From Eledone cirrhosa (taxonomy: Eukaryota), in assembly GCA_964016885.1 (NCBI GenBank), contig OZ024753.1, positions 8,990,001 to 9,054,000 of the forward strand: DNA of 64,000 nucleotides. The letters are read 5' to 3'. A program made the position numbers and the translations under genes. Below, one piece after another: positions 1-12,304 of this stretch (the first letter of the stretch is position 1; every line of letters begins with the position of its first letter). The notes below the pieces were generated by a model, which ran no database searches, was not told the origin of the DNA, and saw only the letters and a program-made list of their open reading frames with translations.

Positions 1-295
1 TTACATATATATGTGTGTATATATATATATATTTATTCATTATAATTCTATTATGGTTGTGTGTAGCGGAGGGGGGGTCGCTATATTTATATTTTAATAT
101 TACAGTGTTGGTGCATAGTGAGGGACTTCAGCTGTGTTCATATTTTAATAAAACTTAGTGTTATTAATATTTATAATTGAAGAATGGTCAAGAGAGAAGA
201 ATAAATGGAAATACCAGTCAAAAGCTTTACAGTTCCCATCATCTCATTGCTACAATTTTGATTTCTATTTTAAATAAAAGGCCAGCAACTTTTAA

Positions 296-503
296 CCCTC
301 TACCTTTTAAACCTGCCATATCCGGCCAGAATTCTTTCAACTTTTTCCATTCAAATTGGCCATAACCAGCTACTCATACTTATGTTAAGGGATTGTTCTC
401 AAAATAAATAATCTCAAAATCTTGTAGATTCGATATTATGTGAGGTAAAGCCTTTACCGTGAAAATACATTAGTATATATAGAGTAATGTAAATGCTAAA
501 GGT
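296..503 (+). mobile_element. piggyBac-like MITE family 1 (about 210 bp)
   Basis: TTAA on both flanks, degenerate CCCTTTAGCATTTA-type TIRs; same internal sequence recurs about 10 times in the window. Confidence 0.75.
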
Positions 504-545
504 TTAAGTGAAGGAGGAAGGTCGATTATATTATCCTGCTCCTAG

Positions 546-764
546 TATTTTACACTATATATTACTCTATATATACTATTATACTTTCATGCTAAAAGCT
601 TTACCTCATAATCATCTGACATAATATCGAATCTATGAGATTTTGATATTATTTATTTTGAGAACAATACCTTAACATCAGAATGAGTGGCCAGTTACAG
701 CCAGTTTGAACAGAAAGAGGTGAGAGAATTCTGGCCAGACACAGCTGGTTTAAATGCTAAAGGG
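546..764 (-). mobile_element. piggyBac-like MITE family 1, opposite orientation, one end decayed
   Basis: Ends TAAATGCTAAAGGG-TTAA; internal sequence is the reverse complement of 296-503. Confidence 0.7.
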
Positions 765-1209
765 TTAATATATTTATCAATTTGCTCCCTTGGGGCCCCA
801 ACCAGGAGTGTTAACAATGATGTTAAGTCATGCTATGTTGATAAAACACTTCATATACAGTGTATATCAAAAAGAATCATCTGGTTTTATTTAAAGGTTT
901 TACAAATTCAGATGATATACCCTGTATTTGGAAGGAACAAAGCATTCCACCTGTTACAATGTGAGCCTCACAATCTAGTGAGGTGTTTTATACTCCTACA
1001 GAGGAAGAAAATGAAACCATTTCTGGGAAAATAAAGTCAGAAAAGCGAAACAGAATCTCAATCCATGTGAATCCTACTGTGACAGAAATTCAATAATATA
1101 AAAATCAATATTTTGGATCAGTTACGACACAAATCCACAAAATTCTTTGAAAAGATTTGAATACAAAGTAAATTTCTCTCTTTCTCTCTCTCTTCAACTT
1201 TCTCTCCCT

Positions 1210-1662
1210 ATACACACATACATATACCCCCCCCCCCATATATATATATACCCACACACATATATGCCCCCCACATATATATGTGTGCATGTGTGTGTTC
1301 ATACATGTGTGTGTTCGTGAATGTGTGTGTTCGTGCATGAGTGTTTGTGTGTTTGTGAGTTTATATATGTATGTATGTGGTATGTATGTGTGTGTGTGTG
1401 TGTGTGTGCTTGAGTATAGCAGTATGTATATGTGTTTATGCATGTGTGTGTGTGTTTGTGAGTGTATATGTGTATGTGTGTGTGTATGTATGCATGTGTA
1501 TGTTAGTGTGTATATGTGTGCATGTATGTGTTCAACCATGTGTGTGTGTGTTTGGGTGTCTGTGTGTGTGTGTGTGTGCGTGTGTGTCTGTGTGCATGTG
1601 TGTGTTCATACATGTGTATGTTTGAGAGTGTATATATGTATGTATGTGTGTATGTATATGTC

Positions 1663-1720
<58 letters not shown>
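1210..1720. repeat. compound (TG)n/(TA)n microsatellite
   Basis: Direct reading; explains the C/V/Y/M and H/T-rich ORFs. Confidence 0.95.
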
Positions 1721-1721
<1 letters not shown>

Positions 1722-1744
1722 ATGTATTGATAAGAAATCTAATT

Positions 1745-1890
1745 TAAGATTATCTTCAAATGATAACTTACCAACTAATCTTGTTAAAAATCTCCTCTCA
1801 GACATTTTGTCTCTGCTTGTAAATATTGTAAACATATTCTTAAGTACTAGTTCAATAGAATGTCTGCAAGATCCATCTATCACACCTAAC
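1745..1890 (+). pseudogene. decayed L2/CR1-group LINE ORF2 fragment (region just N-terminal to RT)
   Basis: SSNDNLPTNLVKNLLSDILSLLVNIVNIFLSTSSIECLQDPSITP resembles the DPIPTxLLK...IVNxSLxxG...AxITP pattern. Confidence 0.45.
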
Positions 1891-2293
1891 ATAAATAGGA
1901 GCCATTATTGATTGATACTCGCCTTAATTATCACCCAATCAATTGTGACTCTTTCCTGAATAAGCTCTTTGGTATGATTACAGTCTATTGTCTTTTTCTT
2001 AGTCTCTCTCCCACAACAGCCTGGCTGTGATGCAATCAACTTCCAAGAGTGGACACAGCTTTGAATTCATCTTTCTGCTTTGTCTAGATACATCAATGGT
2101 ATCTACATGAACTTACATGTGGATTATAGTATTTGATACAAAGTATTAAAATAATCTAAAGGAAATGAAGTGGCAGAGTCGTTAGAATGTCGGATAGAAT
2201 GCTTTGTGGTAAATGGTCTCACCCTCTGCTCTCTAGGTTCAAATTCTACCGAGGTCAACTTTTTTCCAATCTATGTACGATTATCTCATTTAA

Positions 2294-2511
2294 CCCTTTA
2301 ACATTTAAACTGGCCATATCCGATCAGAATTCTCTCACCTCTTTCTCTTCAAACTGGCCACAACCAGCGCTTTGTAGTGATATTAAAATATTGTTCTGAA
2401 AATAAATATCAAAATCTTGTATATTCGATATTATGTGAGATAATTATATAAAATTAAGTCTTTACTGCGAAAATACAATAGTATATATAGAGTAATGTAA
2501 ATGCTAAGGAG
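2294..2511 (+). mobile_element. piggyBac-like MITE family 1
   Basis: TTAA-CCCTTTA...TAAATGCTAAGGAG-TTAA. Confidence 0.8.
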
Positions 2512-2679
2512 TTAAATATTCTACTAAATACATATAAATATACAGCAGGGCTTTGAGGGAACACCATTAACCTAACTGTGACATATCACTGAATAGAAAC
2601 TCCATAAGTAATTTTAATTGTTGTCCATGTCATTTTATGCATGCAATTTTTATTCATGTAACTTTCTGTTCATATAACA

Positions 2680-2738
2680 GCTGTCTGATGAGGTTGTAAC
2701 TGTAACATAACAGTTACCACTGAAATACGTATAATAGC
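2680..2738 (+). ncRNA. type I hammerhead ribozyme (minimal stem III)
   Basis: GCTGT CTGATGA [GGT-T-GTAACTGT loop ACAGTTAC-C-ACT] GAAA TACGTA TA ATAGC; stem I GCTGT/ATAGC, palindromic stem III, AUA site. Confidence 0.8.
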
Positions 2739-2912
2739 AATTGTGTAACAAATAACTGAGGTAAATTCTAACCTACTGACTTTTACTTCATTTTTATACT
2801 AATACTCCAGAATACACATACCTACATATATACTTTGTCAAGTGCACTATCTTGCTTACACTCGTGTCTCTTGATTAACTAACACAAGATATACCAAGTA
2901 TATAAATATATA

Positions 2913-3065
2913 TTGGTGTTAGGAAGGGCATCCAGCTGTAGAAACCAAGCCAAAATCAGTTCTGTATGAGCAAGACATGGTCACCTGACCTGGCATTGCC
3001 CACAAGAAAACCCATCTAACCCATGCTAGCGTGAAAGAATGGACGTAAGACTGTGATGATGTTGA
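2913..3065 (+). mobile_element. RTE-type 3' tail fragment (shared by SINE-B and RTE 3' UTR)
   Basis: GGTGTTAGGAAGGGCATCCAGCTGTAGAAA ... GGACGTAAG..GATGAT. Confidence 0.7.
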
Positions 3066-3204
3066 TATACATATAAATACAGTAATAATTTCAACAATTA
3101 ACTGTGTTTAGTTGTATTTATCTCAATAAACCAATTGTTATTCAGAATGTGCAAGTTATCTCAGAATACAATTCTTTACACAAGATAGAAAATTTTGCTA
3201 GGTC

Positions 3205-3426
3205 ACATCGACAGTCGATTGACTTTCATCAAATCGGACCGAGGAAACAATGTTTCCATTGGTCTTTCCAATTGCTAATACTATCTATCAGTCGCAACTC
3301 CAGGTAGAAAGAACAATGTGAAATATAATGTCTTGCTCAAGGACATAACGCATCACCTGGTGCTGGAATCAAACTCACAACCTCACAATTGCGAATCCAA
3401 TTCTCTAACCACTCAGCCACACGCTT
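3205..3426 (-). mobile_element. tRNA-derived SINE variant C
   Basis: A-box/B-box head plus CCTTGAGCAAGACA central domain; body matches 17182-17410 and 42160-42370. Confidence 0.7.
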
Positions 3427-3850
3427 TCATTTATGTTGTAAAACTATAGTAAATATTATATCTTGTATACTGATAGTACTTTTGTATAGCTAAAATATTT
3501 AACATTTGATGTATGAGCAAAATTCAAAGAAGGAAGCATTAAAAGACTTTTCAAAACTGTTTTAGGCATTGTTTTACCCTATATAAAAGGCAACATTTAA
3601 AGGAAGGAAAGCATACAAGTTAATGAAGAAGTCAATAGCAGAGCAAACGGCTTAGAAATGAAAAAGTCTAAGCTGCTAGACAAATACAAAGATAGAAAAA
3701 AATTTAAATGATAGATATTTAACAAAGACAGACATGTTTGTATGGTTAAAAAGTTTGCTTCACAACTGCAGGCTTTTCGGTTTGAGACCAGTGTATGACA
3801 CTTTGAACAAGTGAGTAAAAATAGAAACTATGGGGAAGCCTATCTCACAC

Positions 3851-3887
<37 letters not shown>

Positions 3888-4014
3888 GAAGTTGGGTCAA
3901 GGACAGGCAGCCAGAACAACCCCAAAAGTCATATTCAACCCATACCAGCATGGAAAAGTGGGCATATAAATGATAAGGGTTATTATGATAAGGATATATC
4001 TACATCTATATATT

Positions 4015-4065
4015 TCTCTCTCTCACCCACTTTCTCTCTCTCTCTCACTCTCTCTCTCTCTCTCA

Positions 4066-4099
<34 letters not shown>

Positions 4100-4134
4100 A
4101 ACTGTTTCTCTTCCTCTCTCTTTATCTGTTTCTC

Positions 4135-4206
<72 letters not shown>
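4015..4206. repeat. (CT)n-(TA)n microsatellite
   Basis: Direct reading. Confidence 0.95.
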
Positions 4207-4209
<3 letters not shown>

Positions 4210-4314
4210 GAAGTAATTCCGTGGGAAAGGTACAGGAAAAAAGAGTGCTCTATGTAGGCTACAGAACTTATCAGGTTTTCAAATCCATATTTAATAAAAA
4301 CACCATGTTTTTTA

Positions 4315-4375
4315 TTCATTCTGACGACTGAAGATAGACACAACATCTGTCTTCAAGAAACCACTGGTAAATGAA
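4315..4375 (+). ncRNA. type I hammerhead ribozyme
   Basis: TTCATT CTGACGA C[TGAAGATAG loop CTGTCTTCA]A GAAA CCACTGG TA AATGAA; 6-bp stem I, GUA site. Confidence 0.85.
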
Positions 4376-4432
4376 ATAATTATCTTATGTTGTTTATTAC
4401 ATAACTAATAAGCTCTGTAACCTACATATAAC

Positions 4433-4465
<33 letters not shown>

Positions 4466-4681
4466 ATGAAGGAAGTGTGGTAAGGAACCAGGTGGACCAT
4501 AATGCACCAGAATACTCAATACTATGAGTAGTAGAGTGGGTATATATATATTTATATATATATATAAGACAAGTTTATCCAGGGTTCAATGGGGGTAACC
4601 ACAGTAAGTAAGGTACTCAAAACATAGCAGAGAATAAATATTTAGTCCTGCAGAAGCCATTTCTATATTATATATATATAA

Positions 4682-4729
<48 letters not shown>

Positions 4730-4774
4730 CACTCTTTGGTTGTCAGTTACATTGTATTTTGACTCTGTAATCAT

Positions 4775-5104
4775 CATCATGATCATTTCCTTTTACGACC
4801 ACTTTTTCCCTGCTTGCAAGGGTGGGACGGGAACTTATTTTGGTTTGATTTCTACAGCTGGATGCCCTTCCTAACACCAACCTCGTTTACTGTGAGTGCT
4901 GGGTGCTTTTTTGCTGTGGCACCTCCACGACCACTTTGCAGTGGAATGATAGGGACCCCAGTCCTATTATCTCATTTCTACAGCTGAGTAAATTGGAGAA
5001 ATGTGAAATAAAGTATCTTGCTCAACACATCACCCGGTCTGAGAATTAAACTCACAACCTTTCGATTGCAAGGCCTATGCTCTAACCACTAAGCCATGTG
5101 CCTC
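4775..5104 (-). mobile_element. tRNA-derived SINE-B (RTE-type tail), with partial head duplicate at 5117-5215
   Basis: TGGCTTAGTGGTTAGAGC A-box, GAGTT..ATTC B-box-like motif, GGAAGGGCATCCAGCTGTAGAAA, (ATG)n tail. Confidence 0.85.
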
Positions 5105-5456
5105 CATAATATACTTGTGTCTTGCTCAAGGAAACAACACATCACCCGGTCGGAGAATTGAACTCACAACCTTTCGATTGCAAGGCCAATGCTCTAACCA
5201 CTAAGCCATATACCTCCTGTAATATACTTGTTATTTTACATTGAGCTATTTTATTTATTTATTTTATTATACATATTTCGAAGCTGCAAGGCTTAAGTAT
5301 AACATAATCCAAAATATGTTCTCGGCAGAGAAAATGCGTAGGAGATGCAGGTTTCTTTTTATATACTGGCGGTCAAATAAGCTGGACAGATCGGTGACAA
5401 CTAAGCATATGATTAGAACCAAGCATATGATTAGAAAAAAAGAATAGATGATGATG

Positions 5457-5504
<48 letters not shown>

Positions 5505-5661
5505 TCATCATCTATTCTTGGACGTTAAACGATGATGATGATGATATATATATAGAGAGAGAGAGAGGTAGAACACTGGAAGGTAATATCCGTAGTGGTA
5601 GAGCACTCAGTCCATGGGACGAGTTTGGTAGAGGTAGTAACACAGCAGTTAGTTCACCATA

Positions 5662-5702
5662 CCGAGAACAATTGTTTCACCTTATGCGGATCTTCAGTTC
5701 AG
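5662..5702 (-). ncRNA. type I hammerhead ribozyme (stem I partly decayed), facing an inverted half copy at 5711-5730
   Basis: Minus strand CTGAA CTGAAGA TCCGCATAAGGT GAAA CAATTG TT CTCGG; the + strand half copy keeps the complementary CCGAG-CTGAAGA. Confidence 0.65.
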
Positions 5703-6844
5703 ACTCAGATCCGAGCTGAAGATCCGCATATATATATATACCATTCTCGTGATCTCCCTTGCTAGCAGGAAGGGCAAATGGATGTTAAAATGATGATGAT
5801 GATGATATATATTATCATACTTTGGGACGGCTATGCTGCCAATAAAAACACACAACCAAAGTATAAGAATATCTTTTTCAACACATATTTTCACATCAAA
5901 AACTTTGCAAAAAAAAGGAATTTTGTATGTATATATGTATATATACATATATATATACATATATATATATACACAGACACACACACATATATATATATAT
6001 TCAAGTATTAGTCTCTTTTTGTGATTTGATTCCAAACAATTTGTGGTAATGTTGTCAACCACTTTGGTTAATAAGATTGGTGTTTCTGAAAGAAGTTCTA
6101 AAACCTCATCATATCATTTATTCTATCTGCTAAAGATAAGTTCTGAAATTTATTGTCATTGTTACTGAAGTGTAGTGAGTGGCACAGACAGTATTTTTTT
6201 ATTTTTTATTTTGTTTTATTTTATTTCTTACATTAATATATTTGGTGCTTGCAGTTAAGGTATTACTGTGTGTTGAATTGATTCTACCATGAATAAAAAT
6301 TACCATCTTTTGACAATGATACCAAGTAATTATTATCATCTCCATCGGTGCTTTTTATCTGCAAGCTCATACTTGGGTTAGACTTATTTATTTATTTAGT
6401 ATTTTATACTATCTATTTATTTATTTATTTTTATTTTATTTATTATTTATTTTGTTTATTTATTAGCGAACCAGTTTCTGTTGCAATTTGTCGTGGCTGT
6501 TATGACTTTTGAATGTAATAAATTCTAGTAAATGTTCAGTTCTGTCATAAGTTTAAATAATGCTTTTATTGTTTGTAATATGTACATGTTACATTGTTGA
6601 ATCGACTTCCTCTGATCACATAGTGATTATATTATTTAGATATTGGTTATCTATCCACTTAATAAGAAGATGGTAGTCATATACAGGTATCGTATAAGTC
6701 TATGATTAATTCATATATCTGCTATATGACTCGAGTGCAATGTAATTTCTTACACCTGTCTGTCAAAATTATACTCAATACATTTACTCATCATCATCAT
6801 TTTTATCCCAATCACAACATCATCTTCTGATGTACACAAGGTGC

Positions 6845-8300
6845 ATCTGGGAGCAGTGGCTAATCTGTCAGAGGCTGAGGTCACACGTGCAGTTAAAGAG
6901 TTCAAATATAGTAGCAAGGCCTCTGGAAAAAATGAAATCTGGCCCATATGTTAAAAGCCTTAAATAGAGAAGGTATTTTCTTGTGTGTGGAAAAGCACCT
7001 AAGTAATGGCAATCTGGAGTGATAATCCCAATTTCAAAAAGGGGGACAAGAGAGATTGATTACTGAGGGATCTTCTTGTTAAACCTCCCCAGTAAAGTCT
7101 ATGCATTTGTCTGGCAAATAGATGCAGGAATATTGTCATGTCCAAGCTAGCTGATGAACAGTGCAGTTTTTGCCCTGGACACAGCACAGCCAACAAAATA
7201 TATACACTGCAGCAGGTCTTTGAGAAATCGTGGGAGTATTGCCAAGAGGTATATTCTTGTATTGTAGACCTCGAAAAGGCATATGACTACATTTCTTGGG
7301 ACCTGCTGTGGAAGGTTCTACAGGAGTATGGGTTTAATGGTCAGTTTCTTGTTGCTCTGATGTCTCTATAAGAATGCCCGAGTATTTTTGTTCTGCTAAA
7401 TGGTGCTAAATCGAAACCATTCAATGTGGGAACCAGACTCCGCCAAGGGTATGTACTGTCACCTCAACTGTTCATTATTTTCATGAACAGAATTGACATG
7501 CCAGCCAGGTTGGAAGTGATATCAAAACTGGTGGGTGTAAAATCAGTCAGCTGGAATTTGCAGACGACATGGTGCTACTTAACTTGACAGAAAGTGGTCT
7601 CTGACTTGCACTTGATAGATTTGATGCCAAGTGCTGTATGAAAATCAATACTGCAAAAACTGAGACACTTGTCCTCTCAAGGAAGCCTGTGCAATGCACT
7701 CTAAATGTGAATGGAGTTCCACTGAAGCAGGTGGAGAAATTCAAGTATCTCAGGGCCGAGTTCACGAGTGATGGAAGGCAGGAGGCTGAATTAAGTGTAA
7801 AAATTGTAACAACTGCTGTAGTGATGCACAACTTCAGCATTCAGTAATCAGAAGAAGGGCGGTAGGTGTAAAAGCCAATCTTGCTATCTTCAATTCGATA
7901 TTTATGCCAACTCTTACCTATGAATCTTGGGTAATGACTGAAAAATACGATCATGAGTACAAGCGGCCAAAATGGGGTTCCTCCAAATGGTCTTTGGAGT
8001 AACATTACTTAATAGAGTGTGTAGCTCAGAGACCAGATAGTCACTCCAGATAGAGCTACTATGTCTCCAAATTGAGAGATCTCAGCTCGATACAATGGGC
8101 ATGTGGTTAGAATGTGTAAGGAAAGAATTGCTGGTCAGACAACAGGCAGGAGACTCAGGGGTAGACCCCGAGCAAGATGATTAGATAACATCCATGAGCT
8201 TGGCTGGTTTTGCTTGGGGATCCAGCCGGATCAATTGGAGATGGTTGCTTCTGGCAGGACCCACTGGAAGCAGTGTTTGAGAACTCGTCTTAATCCATTA
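6845..8300 (+). pseudogene. RTE-clade LINE, degraded RT and 3' end
   Basis: EQCSF..G.ST...IYTLQQVFEKSWEY..VDLEKAYD, LRQG, FADD, MKINTAKTE, VEKFKYL, GRRxRGRP motifs with stops/frameshifts. Confidence 0.9.
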
Positions 8301-9038
8301 ATTCCTTCTCAAGAATAACTGGGCAAAATAGAAGGGAAGAGAAGCTTACAAATTTATAGAAAAATATTGGGATTTTTTCATGTGTACTTATCATTTTAGC
8401 CTGGTACCATCTGCCATACAATAAAATCTTATATTGTAGGTATTTCGATATATATTTTATTTTTTCATAACATTAATAATTTTATGAAATGCCTGCATGA
8501 ACATTTCAACTATTTCTTTTCACCTAAAAATCTACATCCATAAATCTATTAAAAAAAGAAAATATATATATATATGACAGCTTGGAGAAGGCAAGAGAAA
8601 AACACAGTAGTTTATGCTAGATTAAACACTATAGCAATGTTGCTATAGTGTTTGCAGAAGTTTTAGAAAATCTACTGCAGTTAACTTAGACTATGAATCA
8701 TTCGTCTGAGGGAAAAATCAAGTCAAAGAATAAATCTGCGAAATTTGGCAATACACTTCATTACAATTGGAATTTTGAATCAAACAAATTAGCTAAAAGA
8801 AACAACTAATTGCTTTCAATTCCACAATTTAGCTTAGTCTATTGTTGTGGTAAGAAATGATTCTACACTGTTTATACTAATTAGACAACAATAATCAATT
8901 TCACCTCATCTATCTTAATCATATTGATTTTCTTCTAGCAAATCCACAATAACAGGTCCATATTCCTCAGACATTTCCCTTCACTTTGATTTATGAATTC
9001 TAACTGTATCTTAGATTTTCTGGTCACATGAAGATCGC

Positions 9039-9600
9039 TTTGTTTGAGCAAAATAGAATAGTAGTAGAGACATATTATGTAAAGTTTGAGCCTTTGTTTG
9101 AGCAAAATAGAATAGTAGTAGAGACATATTATGTAAAGTTTGAGCCTTTGTTTGAGCAGAATTGAATGGTAGTAGAGACATATTATGTAAAGTTTGAGCC
9201 TTTGTTTGAGCAGAATTGAATGGTAGTAGAGACATATTATGTAAAGTTTGAGCCTTTGTTTGAGCAAAATAGAATAGTAGTAGAGACATATTATGTAAAG
9301 TTTGAGCCTTTGTTTGAGCAAAATAGAATAGTAGTAGAGACATATTATGTAAAGTTTGAGCCTTTGTTTGAGCAAAATAGAATAGTAGTAGAGACATATT
9401 ATGTAAAGTTTGAGCCTTTGTTTGAGCAAAATTGAATGGTAATAGAGACATATTATGTAAAGTTTGAGCCTTTGTTTGAGCAAAATTGAATGGTAGTAGA
9501 GACATATTATGTAAAGTTTGAGCCTTTGTTTGAGCAGAATTGAATGGTAATAGAGACATATTATGTAAAGTTTGAGTCTTTGAGCAGAATAGAATAGTAT
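9039..9600. repeat. 54-bp minisatellite, about 10 copies
   Basis: Unit TTTGAGCAAAATAGAATAGTAGTAGAGACATATTATGTAAAGTTTGAGCCTTTG; 18-aa periodicity in the ORF track. Confidence 0.95.
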
Positions 9601-10053
9601 TAAAGCTATTTCACACTGAATCTGACTCTTTGAGCAGAATAGAATGGTGGTACGGTTATTTCCAGCTGAGTCTGTCTCTTTGATTTTCGATGGAATGATA
9701 GGTAGGCCATTTCCACTCACATCTATCATTCCACTCATTGTTTTTACTGGCAATGTTCTACATGTGTCAAACTGACAGGAACTTTACAGCATTACAGACA
9801 AATGTCTTGTACTTGCAGTATTTACTGTAGCTTTTTGTGATCTGAGTTGAAATTTTGATGAAGTTAACTTTACCATTCAGTATTTCAGGTCTGATAAATA
9901 AAGTATCAGTCTAAGCTGAACAGGATGCCTTGCAGTTTGGTTTTGGATCCTTTTTATTTTGTGTTTTTATTCCTGCTATGACCTAGCAGCAACTATGGAA
10001 AAGATTAGAGCCCCACCATATACACACTCAAAGTTAATGGTGGATCATATTAA

Positions 10054-10284
10054 CCCTTTTATTGCCAAACCTGCCAAAACTGGCTTTCATTCTATGAAAT
10101 AAATCGCCCATTTTAAAGGTTTCCAGTTTGAATTAAAATCTTCCAACATAGTTTTATATAAGAACCTTACATTAAGTTACTATTTCAGTAATGAAATAAT
10201 TGGTAATATTAGTAAATTCCTCAAAATTCTTCTTTAAATAATTGAAATAGATTGTGTTTCATTAGAAATGCGGTCATGAAAGGG
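10054..10284. mobile_element. piggyBac-like MITE family 2
   Basis: TTAA-CCCTTT ... AAAGGG-TTAT; internal sequence differs from family 1. Confidence 0.5.
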
Positions 10285-10982
10285 TTATAGCAATCAGTGG
10301 TGGCTAACCTGATGATGATGTATCTCTAAATGATTGTGCCCTTCCAGGTCAGCCTGTCCATGATATATGAAAGCTATAGCTTTCATTTGTAAATAGTTTA
10401 ATGTCATGTCTAATGAGACTATTCTGTTACCAAAAACTATACTATGAACATGCAACAAAGACATATAACTCTGAATGTCCAGTCTTTCTAGTTTTAAATA
10501 GATATCACTGGGTGGTACAGCTTACTGCTCTAGGCAAGTTTATCACTATAAAATGAAAATGAATGTATTTTGTCTACTTAGTGTTAAATTTCATTCTTCC
10601 TGCAGAGAAAGTTCCCTAAAATAGACTAGCTTCCTACTCACTGAAAGAGTTTTTTCTGATCCACTTAACAGGATAGAATATAAAACTAACTAATACTTTA
10701 ACCCTTTAACGTTTACATTACTTGAGCATCAGAGACCATGCTTTGCACCATAGAGTTATGGCCCTTTATGTTCAAATCCAACCAAGATTATCTTTGCCTT
10801 TCATCCTTTGATAAGATAAATTACCAGTAATGTACTGGGGTAAATGCAGGCTTTGTGTCAAAAGTTGAAACAATTATTAACCCTTTAGCATTTACATTAC
10901 TCTATATATACTATTGTATTTTGTGGTAAAGGCTTTATCTCACTTAATTATCTCATATAATGTTGAATCTATTAGATTCCAG

Positions 10983-12300
10983 TACCACATCATGAGACTT
11001 ATGAATGGCAAGCAGCTCAGCGACCATATCTGTATCAGTGAGCTGCTCAACATTACCAGACTTAGACCAATTACATCAATTGTCAAGTCAAGAGTACTCA
11101 AACTATACGGTCATATAAAAAGATCAACTCTTGATGTGAGTAGGTTATGCCTGGAAGGAAGGTTGGCTGGTAAGAGAAGCAGAGGCCGGCAGCCAAACGA
11201 TGGCTTGATAATGTCAACTTATGGACTGGACTTGATCTTTGCTCTTTAAACTCTGCTGTTGGTGATCAAAAGGTATTATATATTCCTGGAAGGAAGATTG
11301 GCTGGTAGGAGAAGCAGAGGCCGGCAGCCAAAACGATGGCTTGATAATGTCAACTTATAGACTGGACTTGATCTTTGCTCTTTAAACTCTGCTGTTGGTG
11401 ATCAAAAGGTATTATATATTCCTGGAAGGAAGATTGGCTGGTAGGAGAAGCAGAGGCCGGCAGCCAAAACGATGGCTTGATAATGTCAACTTATAGACTG
11501 GACTTGATCTTTGCTCTTTAAACTCTGCTGTTGGTGATCAAAAGGTATTATATATTCCTGGAAGGAAGATTGGCTGGTAGGAGAAGCAGAGGCCGGCAGC
11601 CAAAACGATGGCTTGATAATGTCAACTTATAGACTGGACTTGATCTTTGCTCTTTAAACTCTGCTGTTGGTGATCAAAAGGTATTATATATTCCTGGAAG
11701 GAAGATTGGCTGGTAGGAGAAGCAGAGGTCGGCAGCCAAAACGATGGCTTGATAATGTCAACTTATGGACTGGACTTGATCTTTGCTCTTTAAACTCTGC
11801 TGTTGGTGATCAAAAGGTATTATATATTCCTGGAAGGAAGATTGGCTGGTAGGAGAAGCAGAGGCCGGCAGCCAAAACGATGGCTTGATAATGTCAACTT
11901 ATAGACTGGACTTGATCTTTGCTCTTTCAACTCTGCAGTTGGTGATCGAAAGGTATTATATATTCCTGGAAGGAAGATTGGCTGGTAAGAGAAGCAGAGG
12001 CCGGCAGCCAAAACGATGGCTTGATAATGTCAACTTATAGACTGGACTTGATCTTTGCTCTTTAAACTCTGCTGTTGGTGATCAAAAGGTATTATATATT
12101 CCTGGAAGGAAGATTGGCTGGTAGGAGAAGCAGAGGCCGGCAGCCAAAACGATGGCTTGATAATGTCAACTTATAGACTGGACTTGATGTTTGCTCTTTC
12201 AACTCTGCTGTTGGTGATCGAAATTTGTGGAGAAAAATATCTCATGTTGATGCTCAGTCTGCAACTGGCGGAGTTTAATGTCACAAGAAGAAGAAGAAGG
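10983..12300 (+). pseudogene. RTE-clade LINE 3' fragment with (AAG)n tail
   Basis: RVLKLYGHIKR...LEGRLAGKRSRGRQPKRWLDNV typical RTE C-terminus. Confidence 0.85.
11150..12222. repeat. 136-bp tandem repeat, 8 copies, derived from the RTE C-terminus
   Basis: CCTGGAAGG unit starts at 11150, 11285, 11421, 11557, 11693, 11829, 11965, 12101. Confidence 0.95.
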
Positions 12301-12304
12301 AGAG

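Noticed and set aside
8624-8653. 14-bp-stem hairpin AAACACTATAGCAA/TTGCTATAGTGTTT (and hairpin 46816-46874)
   Set aside because: Real palindromes but no context to assign a function; not bacterial terminators
11150-12222. CRISPR-like regular arrays (also 9039, 28892, 35155, 59006)
   Set aside because: No unique spacers and no cas genes; eukaryotic tandem repeats
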